In this document: positions 37,221 to 46,781 of the stretch, in pieces | Position numbering within the stretch: position 1 is the stretch's first letter | Layout of the letters: each line of letters starts with the position of its first letter | Assembly (NCBI GenBank): GCA_963665775.2 | Contig: CAXXTF010000002.1 | Location: 1,280,001 to 1,344,000 of the forward strand | Origin: Dehalococcoidia bacterium | GTDB lineage: Bacteria; Chloroflexota; Dehalococcoidia; SM23-28-2; RBG-16-64-32 | Direction of reading: 5' to 3' | DNA length: 64,000 nt | The notes under the pieces: generated by a model | What the model saw: the letters and a program-made list of their open reading frames with translations, nothing else | What the model was told of the DNA's origin: nothing | Database searches by the model: none | Made by a program: the position numbers and the translations under genes

Positions 37221-37866
37221 CGGCCGACACCCCCTGCGACTTGTATGCGGTCCCGCAGTTTGCGAAGGGCACGGAAGACGGTAACCCGCACGTTGACTTC
37301 GCTGGTCTTGAGGACCTCCGCTATCTCCCTATTTGTGAGTTCGGCGTCAAACTTCAGGGAGATAATCTCCTGCTCGCGCCGAGGCAACGTTCGAAGGACG
37401 GCACTGAGATCCCTGATACGCTCCTTGCGAAGGAGCGTATCCTCCGGATCACGAGATTGCTGTATGAACTCGTTCTGCCGGACCGCCTCCTGGACGGCCT
37501 TGGCGGCGGGCTTCTCTTTGCGCCAGTGAGAGGACACCTCATTACGGGCTATGAGGACACCTCATTACGGACTATAGTGAATAGCCAAGGGCCGAAGGCA
37601 TCTGGCGACCGCAGGGCATGTACCTTGATGAAGGCCTTCTCGAAGATATCGGATACGATGTCCAGGGACAGCTCCTTATCTTGAACCCGCCCGTACACGT
37701 AGGCGAACACCTTCGAGAAGTGCCGGCTGTAGAGCTCAGCGAATTCGCCGGCCGGGCCGCTCTGCAGGCTGGGCTCAGGGGCCGGGCCGGCCTTCGATTT
37801 AAGCCTGGTGCGAGCGGCGGTTCTATCAGTAGTGCGCTGGGGCAGGGCTGCGCGAGCTGTTGTCAT
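37217..37866 (-). pseudogene. ECF sigma factor frameshifted by a 23-bp tandem duplication
   Basis: Region 2 (FAELYSRH..AYVYGR..FEKAF..FGPWLFTI.RN) in 37549-37866 and region 4 (LPRREQEIISLKF..LTNREIAEVL..VRVTVFRALRKLR) in 37217-37537. Confidence 0.88.
37530..37575. repeat. 23-bp imperfect tandem duplication
   Basis: GAGGACACCTCATTACGGGCTAT / GAGGACACCTCATTACGGACTAT (one mismatch). Confidence 0.9.
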
Positions 37867-37949
37867 CCTTCGCTCCTCGTCATCCGCCGGACCGATCGGT
37901 CGGGGGCGGTGGGGAGGCCGCTTGGCCTTCTGGAATCTGGATGAACAAT

Positions 37950-37975
37950 AGACGCGGCATGGCCAAGCCCGTTAC
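37950..37975 (-). promoter_or_regulatory. Putative autoregulatory ECF promoter
   Basis: Minus-strand GTAAC-N16-CGTCT, 84 bp upstream of the sigma ATG. Confidence 0.55.
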
Positions 37976-38237
37976 ACATTGGAACAAAGAGATTGGTAGG
38001 TCTTTTGGGGCTTGATAGGCTGGATTCTCCCGTAGCTATGGTTCTCACCGGCTGTTCTGTCAAGTGTAGTATCTCACGGGGACGGTTGATTGACAGTTAA
38101 CGGGGCGGGCTGGCCGGTTAACAAGAGGTAAATATCGGTGCCGGCGGTTCGGAGAGGGACCAGGGACCGAGCACCATCGCGACCTCGCGTCGCCTTGAGC
38201 AACCCCGGACGAACGGCGGTCGCCAGCCGGGCCGGAA

Positions 38238-39521
38238 CTAGGCTCCGTCCACCGAGAGCGCGTACGCCTCGTCCAACAGCTCCACCACGTGGACGACCCG
38301 ACCCGACAGGCGATGTCGACGCAGACCGGCCTGAAGCTGGGCCATACAACCGGGATTAGCGGTAGCGATGACCTGGGCCCCTGTCCGCGCCACCTCCCGC
38401 ATCTTGTCATCCAGAAGGCGCAGGGCCATCTCGCGCTGGCTCAGGGAGTAGACGCCGGCGCTGCCGCAGCAGCGGTCGCCCCGCTCCATCTCGATGAGGC
38501 GAAGGCCGGGGATAGCCGAGAGAATCTGGCGGGGGGCGCGGGAGATGCCCTGGGCGTGGGCCAGATGGCAGGGGTCCTGGTAGGTGACAGGGACGTCCAC
38601 CCTACCGGTCGGCGCCTGGAACGGCAACTCGACCAGGAATTCGTGGATGTCCTTGACCATCGACGAGAAGCGGCGGGCCTTGTCGGCATAGGCCGGATCG
38701 GCGCCCAGGAGGTCGCCGTACTCCTTCATCGCTGATCCGCAGCCGGCGGAGTTGACAACGACGGCATCGACATCGGCGGCTAGAAAGGTGTCAATGCTGC
38801 GGCGGGCCAGGGCCACGGCGGTCGGGCGGTCGCCGTTGTGGTGATGGAGGGCGCCACAGCACCCCTGTCCGGGAGGAGCGATGACCTGGCAGCCGTTACG
38901 GGCCAGAACACGGATCGTCGCCTCGTGCACGCGACCGAAGGCCAGGGGCATGATGCAGCCGGTGAGAAGGGCGACCCGCATTCTGACTGGCCCATCGGGA
39001 GTGGCGAGGACGCCCCTACGGCGGAAAGGACGTCCTTCGATGGTCGGCGCCAGTAGAACGCGATCCCGCAATACGGGAACTCGCTCCGCCAACGAGCGGA
39101 GGCCGGAGGCGCGGTAGAGGCGGAGGAGAGCGGCCAGAAAGGCGAGCCGGCCGGGCCTGGCGATGACCTGCCGCAGAAAGAGGGCGCGCAGACGCCAGGC
39201 GAGGGGGGCTTTCCCGCCCGCCAGGATGCTGGCGCGGGCGTCCCCCATGATGCGACCGAAGGGAACGCCGGAGGGGCAAACCGCCTCGCAGTTGCGGCAC
39301 TGGAGACAGAGGTCGAGATGGCCGGTAGTGACTGAGGTGGGCTCGATACGGCCCTCGGACAGCGCCTTAATGAGGTAAAGTCGGCCACGGGGCGATTCGG
39401 TCTCCAAGCCCAGCTCCGTGTAGGTCGGACAGTGTTGGAGACACAGGCCGCACCGGACGCAGCGCGAGAGGTCAGCATCGGCTGGGGCGAAGGGCCCAGC
39501 GAAGACCGATGGCTCGGCCAT
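38238..39521 (-). CDS. glcF: Glycolate oxidase Fe-S subunit
   Basis: CVRCGLCLQHCPTY, SPRGR, CLQCRNCEAVCPSGV, two CCG domains. Confidence 0.9.
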   Translation of the reverse strand: MAEPSVFAGPFAPADADLSRCVRCGLCLQHCPTYTELGLETESPRGRLYLIKALSEGRIEPTSVTTGHLDLCLQCRNCEAVCPSGVPFGRIMGDARASILAGGKAPLAWRLRALFLRQVIARPGRLAFLAALLRLYRASGLRSLAERVPVLRDRVLLAPTIEGRPFRRRGVLATPDGPVRMRVALLTGCIMPLAFGRVHEATIRVLARNGCQVIAPPGQGCCGALHHHNGDRPTAVALARRSIDTFLAADVDAVVVNSAGCGSAMKEYGDLLGADPAYADKARRFSSMVKDIHEFLVELPFQAPTGRVDVPVTYQDPCHLAHAQGISRAPRQILSAIPGLRLIEMERGDRCCGSAGVYSLSQREMALRLLDDKMREVARTGAQVIATANPGCMAQLQAGLRRHRLSGRVVHVVELLDEAYALSVDGA

Positions 39522-40813
39522 CAGAGCCTGCCCACGAAGCGGCCAGGACTGAGAACGCCCTGGGGGTCGAACTGCTGCTTGACGCTGCGCATGAGCCCGA
39601 AGGAAGGGGGCGAATCGCCGAAGACGTCGATACGTCGCTTCATCTCAGGATGGCAGTGCTCGACGACGAGGGTGCCGTCCAGCTCCGAGGCCACAGCCCA
39701 GAGGCGTCGCACCGTTCCCTCGTCGTCGGCCAGCGCCGGCCAGGACGCGTATACAACGCCCAGGGTGGGCCAGGCGAGGATATGGAGCGCCCCATCTATG
39801 GCCTCAAGGGCCTCCATGAGAGCTGGCAGTTTGGTGGGAAGGGCGCTGGCTCTGCATGTGAGGATGGGCTCGGACGGCGACACCAGGCGGGGCCTGCTCT
39901 CCCAAGCAGTGGCGGGATCGATCTCGGCGAAGTCGGCAAGGAGCTCTCGCGCCAGCCCCGCGATCTCCCGATAGGAGCGCTCTACGGCCTGGGCGTTGCC
40001 TGCCAGATCGATGACGAGCGCACAGAGGCCCTCCGGCGCCAGGCGAGCGGCAGCGGTAGCGGTGGGATTGAGGAGCTGGAAGGCCCGGAGGCTGAAGCCG
40101 CGGCGGTGCAGCTCGGCGGCGAAGGAGCAGGCCTGAGCGGGCGTCTCGAAGGCGGCAACCGCCGTTCGCTCTGCCTTGGGCAGAGGCCAGAGCTTGAAGG
40201 TGGCCTCGACGATGACGGCCAACGTGCCCAGGGAGCCGATATAGAGCTTGCACAGATCATATCCGGCCACGTTCTTGACCACGCGGCCGCCGGCCCTGGT
40301 GATGCGGCCGTCGGCGGTAACCACGCGGAGGCCGATGGTGAAGTCGCGGGGGCCGCCGTAAGCGTGGCGAGAGGCCGAAGAGGCGTTAGCGGCCAGGACG
40401 CCACCGATCGTCGCCTCTTCTCCCCAGGGCGGGCCGAGGGGGACGAACTGATCGTGCTGCGCTAGGTGCCACCGGAGCGCCGCCAGGGGGATGCCGGCCT
40501 GGCAGGTGACGGTGAGGTCGGCCGGCTCGTGCTCCCCTACCTTGTCTAGCCGCGACAGGCTGAGGGCGATGTCGTATCGCCGGGGGACGTTGCCGATGTG
40601 CATATGGGAGCCACCACCCCAGGGGATGACGGCCAAACCATCGCCATGGGCGTAACGCATCACCTGGGCGACCTGCTCGACGGTGCCCGGCGTAACGACT
40701 GCCTGCGGCACCTGGCCGTCAACGGCGAAGGCGACGGACCGCTCGCACGGCAGAACGGCATCAGAGCCGAGGAGAGACTCCAGATCAGCGGCCAGGCTCT
40801 GCTGCTTAACCAT
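39521..40813 (-). CDS. glcE: FAD-binding glycolate oxidase subunit
   Basis: HEPADLTVTCQAG, GGRVVKNVAGYDLCKL..GSLGTL, FDPQGVLSPGR. Confidence 0.88.
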   Translation of the reverse strand: MVKQQSLAADLESLLGSDAVLPCERSVAFAVDGQVPQAVVTPGTVEQVAQVMRYAHGDGLAVIPWGGGSHMHIGNVPRRYDIALSLSRLDKVGEHEPADLTVTCQAGIPLAALRWHLAQHDQFVPLGPPWGEEATIGGVLAANASSASRHAYGGPRDFTIGLRVVTADGRITRAGGRVVKNVAGYDLCKLYIGSLGTLAVIVEATFKLWPLPKAERTAVAAFETPAQACSFAAELHRRGFSLRAFQLLNPTATAAARLAPEGLCALVIDLAGNAQAVERSYREIAGLARELLADFAEIDPATAWESRPRLVSPSEPILTCRASALPTKLPALMEALEAIDGALHILAWPTLGVVYASWPALADDEGTVRRLWAVASELDGTLVVEHCHPEMKRRIDVFGDSPPSFGLMRSVKQQFDPQGVLSPGRFVGRL

Positions 40814-40824
40814 CCGGTATCCCT

Positions 40825-42270
40825 CTAGACATAGGCGTCGGGACCAACCCGCTCAATGGCCGAACGCCCCTGGAAAGAGAACTTGCGGCCGTCGCCGTCG
40901 GGGAAGATCTTGCCCGGGTTGAGGCTCTCGCCGGCGCCGAAAGCGATCTTGAGACCGGCCATCACGGCCAGATCGTCCGGGGAGAATATCCAGGTCATGA
41001 ACTCGCGCTTCTCGTATCCCACACCGTGCTCGCCGGTTATGGTCCCGCCGGCGTCGACGCAGAGGCGCATGATCTCCTTCCCCAGCTCCAGGACACGTTC
41101 GGTAGCGCCGGGGACGGCCTCGTCGAACATGATGTTCGGGTGGAGGTTGCCGTCGCCCGCGTGAAAGACGTTGGCAACACGGAAGCCGAAGCGGTCGCAG
41201 GCCTCGTAAACGCCGCGGAGCACGGCGGGCAACCTGGTGCGGGGCACCACCCCATCCAGGATGTAGTAGGCGGGGGCGAGGCGGCCCAGGGCGCCCAGGG
41301 CCCCCTTGCGGCCAGCCCACAGCCGCTCCCGCTCCTCGGCGGCGAAGCCGATACTCAGCTCGCGAGCGCCCAGCTCCCGGCAAACGCCACGGACAGCCTC
41401 CGCCTGCTGGCGGGCCTCCTCTTCCAGCCCCTCAACCTCAATCAGGAGGACGGCGCCCGCGTCGGGCGGGTAGCCGGCATGGATGGCCGCCTCCACCGCC
41501 TCCATCGTAGCCTTGTCCATCATCTCCAGGGCGGCGGGAACGATGCCCTGACCAATGATGGCGGAGACAACCTCGGAGGCCTGGTCAACCTCGTCGAAGA
41601 TGGCCAGGAGAGTGATGGTGGACTCGGGCCGGTGAAGGAGACGGACGACGACCTTGGTGACGACGGCGAGTGTGCCCTCCGAGCCGACCACGACGCCGGT
41701 GAGGTCGTAGCCAGGCGGGTCGGCCGTCCTGCCGCCCAGCCAGTGGAGAACGCCGTCGGCTGTGACGACCTCCAGGCCGAGCACGTGGTTGGTGGTGACG
41801 CCGTAGCAGAGACAGTGTGGGCCGCCGGCGTTCTCGGCCACGTTGCCGCCGATGGTACAGGCCTTCTGGCTGGAGGGATCGGGGGCGTAATAGAGGCCAT
41901 GGGGGGCGGCGGCCTTAGAGATGTCCAGGTTGATTACGCCGGGCTCCACAACAGCGATGCGGTTCTCCGGGTCCACCTCCAGAATGCGGTTCATGCGGGC
42001 GGTGGCGATAACCACACCGCCGGCGCTGGGGACGGCGCCGCCCGAGACGCCGGTACCGGCACCCCTAGCGGTTACCGGTGCCCCGTGCCGGCGGGCGATG
42101 CGGACCACTGAGGCCACCTGCTGAGCGCTATTAGGCAGAACGACCGCCGCGGGCAGACCTCGCTCGATCGTCGCGTCATATTCGTAGACGATCAGGTCCT
42201 CGGGCGCGTGAACGACCCAGCGGCGGCCGACAGCGGCCTGGAGATCACGGACGAGCTTGCCTTGAGCCAC
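40825..42270 (-). CDS. glcD: Glycolate oxidase subunit GlcD (start moved to GTG 42270)
   Basis: RGAGTGVSGG, APDPSSQKACTIGGNVAENAGGPHC, HAGDGNLHP, GEHGVG. Confidence 0.9.
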   Translation of the reverse strand: MAQGKLVRDLQAAVGRRWVVHAPEDLIVYEYDATIERGLPAAVVLPNSAQQVASVVRIARRHGAPVTARGAGTGVSGGAVPSAGGVVIATARMNRILEVDPENRIAVVEPGVINLDISKAAAPHGLYYAPDPSSQKACTIGGNVAENAGGPHCLCYGVTTNHVLGLEVVTADGVLHWLGGRTADPPGYDLTGVVVGSEGTLAVVTKVVVRLLHRPESTITLLAIFDEVDQASEVVSAIIGQGIVPAALEMMDKATMEAVEAAIHAGYPPDAGAVLLIEVEGLEEEARQQAEAVRGVCRELGARELSIGFAAEERERLWAGRKGALGALGRLAPAYYILDGVVPRTRLPAVLRGVYEACDRFGFRVANVFHAGDGNLHPNIMFDEAVPGATERVLELGKEIMRLCVDAGGTITGEHGVGYEKREFMTWIFSPDDLAVMAGLKIAFGAGESLNPGKIFPDGDGRKFSFQGRSAIERVGPDAYV

Positions 42271-42438
42271 TAAGGATAAGTCTACCACCCACCCTATGAG
42301 CCGTACACTTGATCGCCCCACCCGGGGTTCAGACCAGCAGAAGGCCGGACGGCCGGGTGAACAACGATGCCGGGATCATCCCTTTCACCGGCTAGGGCGG
42401 CCAGCAGAACACGTACGCCAGCTGCTAACATAGACGCG

Positions 42439-42744
42439 ATGGCGCTGCGATTCCTGGAGGTCCGTCTACGACGAGAGCTGGCCAAGCTTGGCCATGAAGA
42501 GTTGATGGACGCCGCGGTGGGGAGCATCGGCCTGACCGACGACGGCAGCACCATCTACGTGCACCTGTTCCCGCATCCGGGCTGGCCGCACAAGGTGCGG
42601 GGCCAGGCCTACGTCTTGGCCTGGCAGGACTACGCCCAGGATCCGTCGCAGCGGCTGGACTGCTACCGCTGGCTTATCGGCGAGGCGAAGTTAAGCCTGC
42701 TGGACAACGCGGACGGCGTCGCGCGTTGGCTGGAGAGACGCTGA
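42439..42744 (+). CDS. Hypothetical protein, probably leaderless
   Basis: TGcTAACAT lies 7 nt before the ATG at 42439; coding-like composition. Confidence 0.65.
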   Translation: MALRFLEVRLRRELAKLGHEELMDAAVGSIGLTDDGSTIYVHLFPHPGWPHKVRGQAYVLAWQDYAQDPSQRLDCYRWLIGEAKLSLLDNADGVARWLERR

Positions 42745-42871
42745 GCTTCTCGAAAGCGGAATGTCTACGGGTAAGCCGCCGCTGGGATATAATGGTGGCA
42801 TGCCCCGGCTAACGCCCGTGCCACAAGAGCCTCATTCGCCGCGCCAGGACCAAGCTAGAAGCGGATAAATA

Positions 42872-44074
42872 GTGCCGATAGGGAACGAGCTGCGACCCGA
42901 GACCGAGGAGCTTCTGGCCCAGGCCCTGGCCGAAGAAGAAGTGACCAGGCACGAGGCCCACCGCCTCATGCGCCTCCATGATAGCGAGCTGCCCGCCCTC
43001 ATGCGGACTGCCAGCCTCCTGCGTGACAGGCACAAACCTAACGTCGTCACCTACTCCCGCAAGATATTCGTTCCCCTCACCAACCTCTGCCGCGACATCT
43101 GCGGCTACTGCACCTTCGTTCGGCAACCGGGGGACCCCCTGGCCCACACCATGACCCCCGAGGAGGTCCTAGCCCTCGCCCGGGCCGGCCAGCAAGCCGG
43201 CTGCAAGGAGGCCTTGTTCAGCCTGGGAGACAAGCCCGAGCTCAAGTACCCGAGCCACCGTCGTTGGCTGCGGGACCGGGGCTACGACACCACCCTCGAC
43301 TACCTCCGGGATATGTGCGAGATGGTATTCCGGGAGACCGGCCTCCTTCCTCACGCCAATCCCGGCATCATGACCGCTGACGACATCGCCGCCCTCAAGG
43401 AGGTCAACGTCAGTATCGGCATCATGCTGGAGAGCGTCAGCGACCGTCTGCTCCGCCCGGGCGAAGCCCATCACCGCTGTCCGGACAAGCTCCCGAAGCA
43501 GCGGCTGGCCACCATCGAGGCTGCCGGCCGCCTCAAGGTCCCCTTCACCACGGGCATCCTGATCGGCATCGGTGAAACCCCGGAGGAGCGCGTGGACTCC
43601 CTGTTCGCCATCAGGGAGCTCCACCAGCGCTACGGCCACATCCAGGAGATCATCATCCAGAACTTCCGGGCCAAACCGGACATCTCCATGCGAGATCACC
43701 CCGAGCCAACCCTTCTGGAGATGCTACGGACTATCGCCACCGCCCGCCTCATCCTGGGCGGCAGCATAAACATCCAGGCGCCGCCCAACCTGGCACCGGA
43801 TTCCTATCCGCTCTACCTTCAGGCCGGCATCAACGACTGGGGCGGCGTCTCTCCCGTCACCCGCGACTGCATAAACCCCGAGGCGCCCTGGCCGCAGCTC
43901 CTCACCCTCCGCGAGATCACCGAAGGGGCGGGCTTCGAGCTAAGGGAGCGGTTGGCCCTATACCCGGAGTACGTGATACGGCGAAACGGCTTCATCCCTC
44001 AGGCGTTCAGCGAGCGCATCTTCGCGCTTACCGACGGCGAGGGGCTAGTAAAAAGGAAGGCCGAACAGTGGTGA
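42872..44074 (+). CDS. cofG: FO synthase subunit CofG
   Basis: VTYSRKIFVPLTNLCRDICGYC, LLPHANPG, FTTGILIGIGE, QNFRAKP, GINDWGGVSP. Confidence 0.93.
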   Translation: MPIGNELRPETEELLAQALAEEEVTRHEAHRLMRLHDSELPALMRTASLLRDRHKPNVVTYSRKIFVPLTNLCRDICGYCTFVRQPGDPLAHTMTPEEVLALARAGQQAGCKEALFSLGDKPELKYPSHRRWLRDRGYDTTLDYLRDMCEMVFRETGLLPHANPGIMTADDIAALKEVNVSIGIMLESVSDRLLRPGEAHHRCPDKLPKQRLATIEAAGRLKVPFTTGILIGIGETPEERVDSLFAIRELHQRYGHIQEIIIQNFRAKPDISMRDHPEPTLLEMLRTIATARLILGGSINIQAPPNLAPDSYPLYLQAGINDWGGVSPVTRDCINPEAPWPQLLTLREITEGAGFELRERLALYPEYVIRRNGFIPQAFSERIFALTDGEGLVKRKAEQW

Positions 44075-45387
44075 AGGACTTCAACCCAGAGCTGCCGGCC
44101 CTCAGAGGGGCCCTGGACCAGCTTCTCGCCAACGTCGACGTTCAGGTCGCCCGCATCCTAGACCGCTCCCTCTCCGGTCAGGATATCAGCGCCGAGGAAG
44201 GGGCCCACCTGTTCGAGGCGCAGGGCGCCGACATCAACGCTATCGTCCTCGCCGCCGATGAGCTCCGTCGGCGCAGCGTGGGCGACCGCGTCACCTATAT
44301 CATCAACCGCAACATCAACTTCACCAACGTCTGCATCAAACGATGCGGCTTCTGCGCCTTCAGCCGCGGCCACCGCGAGGAGGAGGGCTACTATCTGCCG
44401 ATGTCGGAGGTCGTCCGCCGAGCCAGCGAGGCCTGGGAGCTGGGGGCCACCGAGGTGTGCATCCAGGCCGGCCTGCCGCCCAAGATGGAGGGCGACTACT
44501 ACATCGAACTCACCCGCGCCATCAAACGGGAGCTGCCGGAGATCCATGTCCACGGCTTTTCGCCGGAGGAGGTGCTCTACGGCGCCATCCGCTCCCGCTG
44601 CTCCATCGAGGAGTACCTCAAGGGGCTGAAAGAGGCGGGGGTAGGCAGCCTGCCCGGCACCTCCGCCGAGATCCTGGACGACGAGGTACGAGAGCAGATC
44701 TCCCCCGGCCGCATCAGCACGGCCCAGTGGGTGGAGGTCGTCACTACGGCCCACAGCCTGGGCATTCCCACGACCGCCACCATCATGTACGGCGCTGTCG
44801 AAAGCTCCCGCCATAAAGCGGCGCACATCGCCCTTCTCCGCGATATTCAGCGTCAGACCGGCGGCTTCACGGAGTTCGTGCCGCTGGGCTTCATCCACAC
44901 CGAGGCGCCCATGTATAACAAGGGACTCGTGGCCGACGTCCGCCCCGGTGCCACCGGCGCCGAGGTCGTGAAGATGTACGCCGTCTCCCGCATCATGCTC
45001 AACAGCTCGATCAAGAACCTGCAGGTATCCTGGGTCAAGGAAGGGCCGAAGCTGGCCCAGCTCTGCCTCAACGCTGGGGCCAACGACTTCATGGGCACGC
45101 TCATCAACGAGAGCATCTCCACCTCCGCCGGCGCCATCTACGGACAGTGCCTGAAGCCGAGGGAGATGAGACGCCTCATCCGCGACATGGGTCGCCTTCC
45201 CGCTGAGAGGACGACTACGTATGAGATACGCCGCTCCTTCCCCGCCGAGGCTGACGACCACGTCGATCCTCTGGACCTCATCGAGGAGAGCGCCGAGGAA
45301 AGGTTCGGCTCCTACGCCCAGCTCTCCCAGTCCCAGGACTTCCGCTTCCGTGACCACTATCCCCACCCTCTCACCGTGCGCCCGTAA
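44068..45387 (+). CDS. cofH: FO synthase subunit CofH
   Basis: NRNINFTNVCIKRCGFCAF, LPGTSAEILDD, QVSWVKEG, GTLINESIS; adjacent to cofG. Confidence 0.92.
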   Translation: MVKDFNPELPALRGALDQLLANVDVQVARILDRSLSGQDISAEEGAHLFEAQGADINAIVLAADELRRRSVGDRVTYIINRNINFTNVCIKRCGFCAFSRGHREEEGYYLPMSEVVRRASEAWELGATEVCIQAGLPPKMEGDYYIELTRAIKRELPEIHVHGFSPEEVLYGAIRSRCSIEEYLKGLKEAGVGSLPGTSAEILDDEVREQISPGRISTAQWVEVVTTAHSLGIPTTATIMYGAVESSRHKAAHIALLRDIQRQTGGFTEFVPLGFIHTEAPMYNKGLVADVRPGATGAEVVKMYAVSRIMLNSSIKNLQVSWVKEGPKLAQLCLNAGANDFMGTLINESISTSAGAIYGQCLKPREMRRLIRDMGRLPAERTTTYEIRRSFPAEADDHVDPLDLIEESAEERFGSYAQLSQSQDFRFRDHYPHPLTVRP

Positions 45388-45503
45388 CCGTCCCATAAAT
45401 TGTAGCCGGGCCGTAGCCGGGCCTTCGCCTCACCCCCGCCCGCTCACGACCAGAGCCCAATCCTCTCTGGTATTCGTACCTTATAGGGGACACTAGTATA
45501 GCT

Positions 45504-46715
45504 ATGCGTCGTTTTCTCATCTCCTACCTCGCCCTTCTCGCCATCCTCGTCGCCGTCGCCGTGGGCGGCGGCCTGTACGTACTCCGCCAGACCGGCCCTT
45601 CCGGCTCTATCGAAGCGGCCGCCGATGCCCACGCCTACAACCTCCTCGGCTGGGAGATCCGCCACTTGCCCGGCAAGTGGCTCTACAAGCTGAGCCACCC
45701 GTTTGATGGCCGCGACCAGGCTCAGGAAGAGGAGACCCTCCGCCGCTACTTCGCCCTCACTCAAGAGATCGAGGAGCTGGAGCGCGATTCAGACGCCAAC
45801 GCTCCCAGGCTCCAGGAGGCCCGTGACGGGCGCGCCGACCTGGAGAACGAGGTGGAAGATATCCTGGAAGGCCGTATCACCGCCCTCCTGGAGGACCAGG
45901 GTCTGGTCATCAATCCTCCCCTCTTCTCCGAGCTGGACCTCGTCTTCCCGCCCGTGGACTTCGAGTTCGACTCTCCGCCCCGCGTGCTGGTTATCTCCCC
46001 CCGCGACAGAATAGACCTCGATCGCAGCTATCTCCTCACCCCCGGCCTCGATCTGAACACCATTATCGGCATCGAGATCGACTCTGAAGGCGCTAAGCTG
46101 GACGATGGTTCAGGGGTCTCGTCGGTGATACTCCAGACCGGCGGCGTCGCCACCTATCCCAGCGTCGTCAACGAGCTAGCCTCCTACCACTCCCTGATCC
46201 GGACCGTCATCCACGAATGGATACACCAGTACCTGGCCTTCTTCCCCTTGGGCCGCAGCTACTTCTCCTCCAACGAACTGCGCACCCTGAACGAGACGGC
46301 GGCCAACCTGGCCAGCCAGGAACTAGCCCGCTTGTTCGTCGACCGCTACGGCTCGCCCGCGCCGCCGCCGTCCACAACGGCCGCGCCCTCAAGCGACTTC
46401 AACTTCTTCTCCGAGATGCAGACCCTGCGGCTGCAAGTAGAGGCGTTGCTGGCCGAGGATCACGTCGAACAGGCGGAGGCGCTCATGGAGCAAAAGCGCC
46501 AGGAGTTCGAGGATCAGGGCGTGTACATCCGTCGCATCAACCAGGCCTATTTCGCCTTCCGAGGCTTCTATGCCGACTCCTCAGCCTCCATCGATCCTAT
46601 AGGCCCCAAGATGCGACAGCTACTCGAGACGGCCGGCTCCCCCGGCGAGTTCGTCCGCCTCGCCTCCGGTCTCACCAGCGAGGCCGACCTGGACCGCCTA
46701 CTCGCGGCTGGCTAA
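45504..46715 (+). CDS. Membrane-anchored putative zinc metallopeptidase (gluzincin-like)
   Basis: N-terminal TM; HEWIH followed by NETAA with a Glu about 19 residues later. Confidence 0.7.
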   Translation: MRRFLISYLALLAILVAVAVGGGLYVLRQTGPSGSIEAAADAHAYNLLGWEIRHLPGKWLYKLSHPFDGRDQAQEEETLRRYFALTQEIEELERDSDANAPRLQEARDGRADLENEVEDILEGRITALLEDQGLVINPPLFSELDLVFPPVDFEFDSPPRVLVISPRDRIDLDRSYLLTPGLDLNTIIGIEIDSEGAKLDDGSGVSSVILQTGGVATYPSVVNELASYHSLIRTVIHEWIHQYLAFFPLGRSYFSSNELRTLNETAANLASQELARLFVDRYGSPAPPPSTTAAPSSDFNFFSEMQTLRLQVEALLAEDHVEQAEALMEQKRQEFEDQGVYIRRINQAYFAFRGFYADSSASIDPIGPKMRQLLETAGSPGEFVRLASGLTSEADLDRLLAAG

Positions 46716-46781
46716 CCCACGTACTGCCCAACGCTGGACGGTTGCGGGGATGTCCCTACGTTATCTAGATCTCGACGGCGG

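Noticed and set aside
44068-45387. MqnC/MqnE instead of CofH
   Set aside because: Overlap with cofG and the SWVKEG and NESIS motifs favour CofH.
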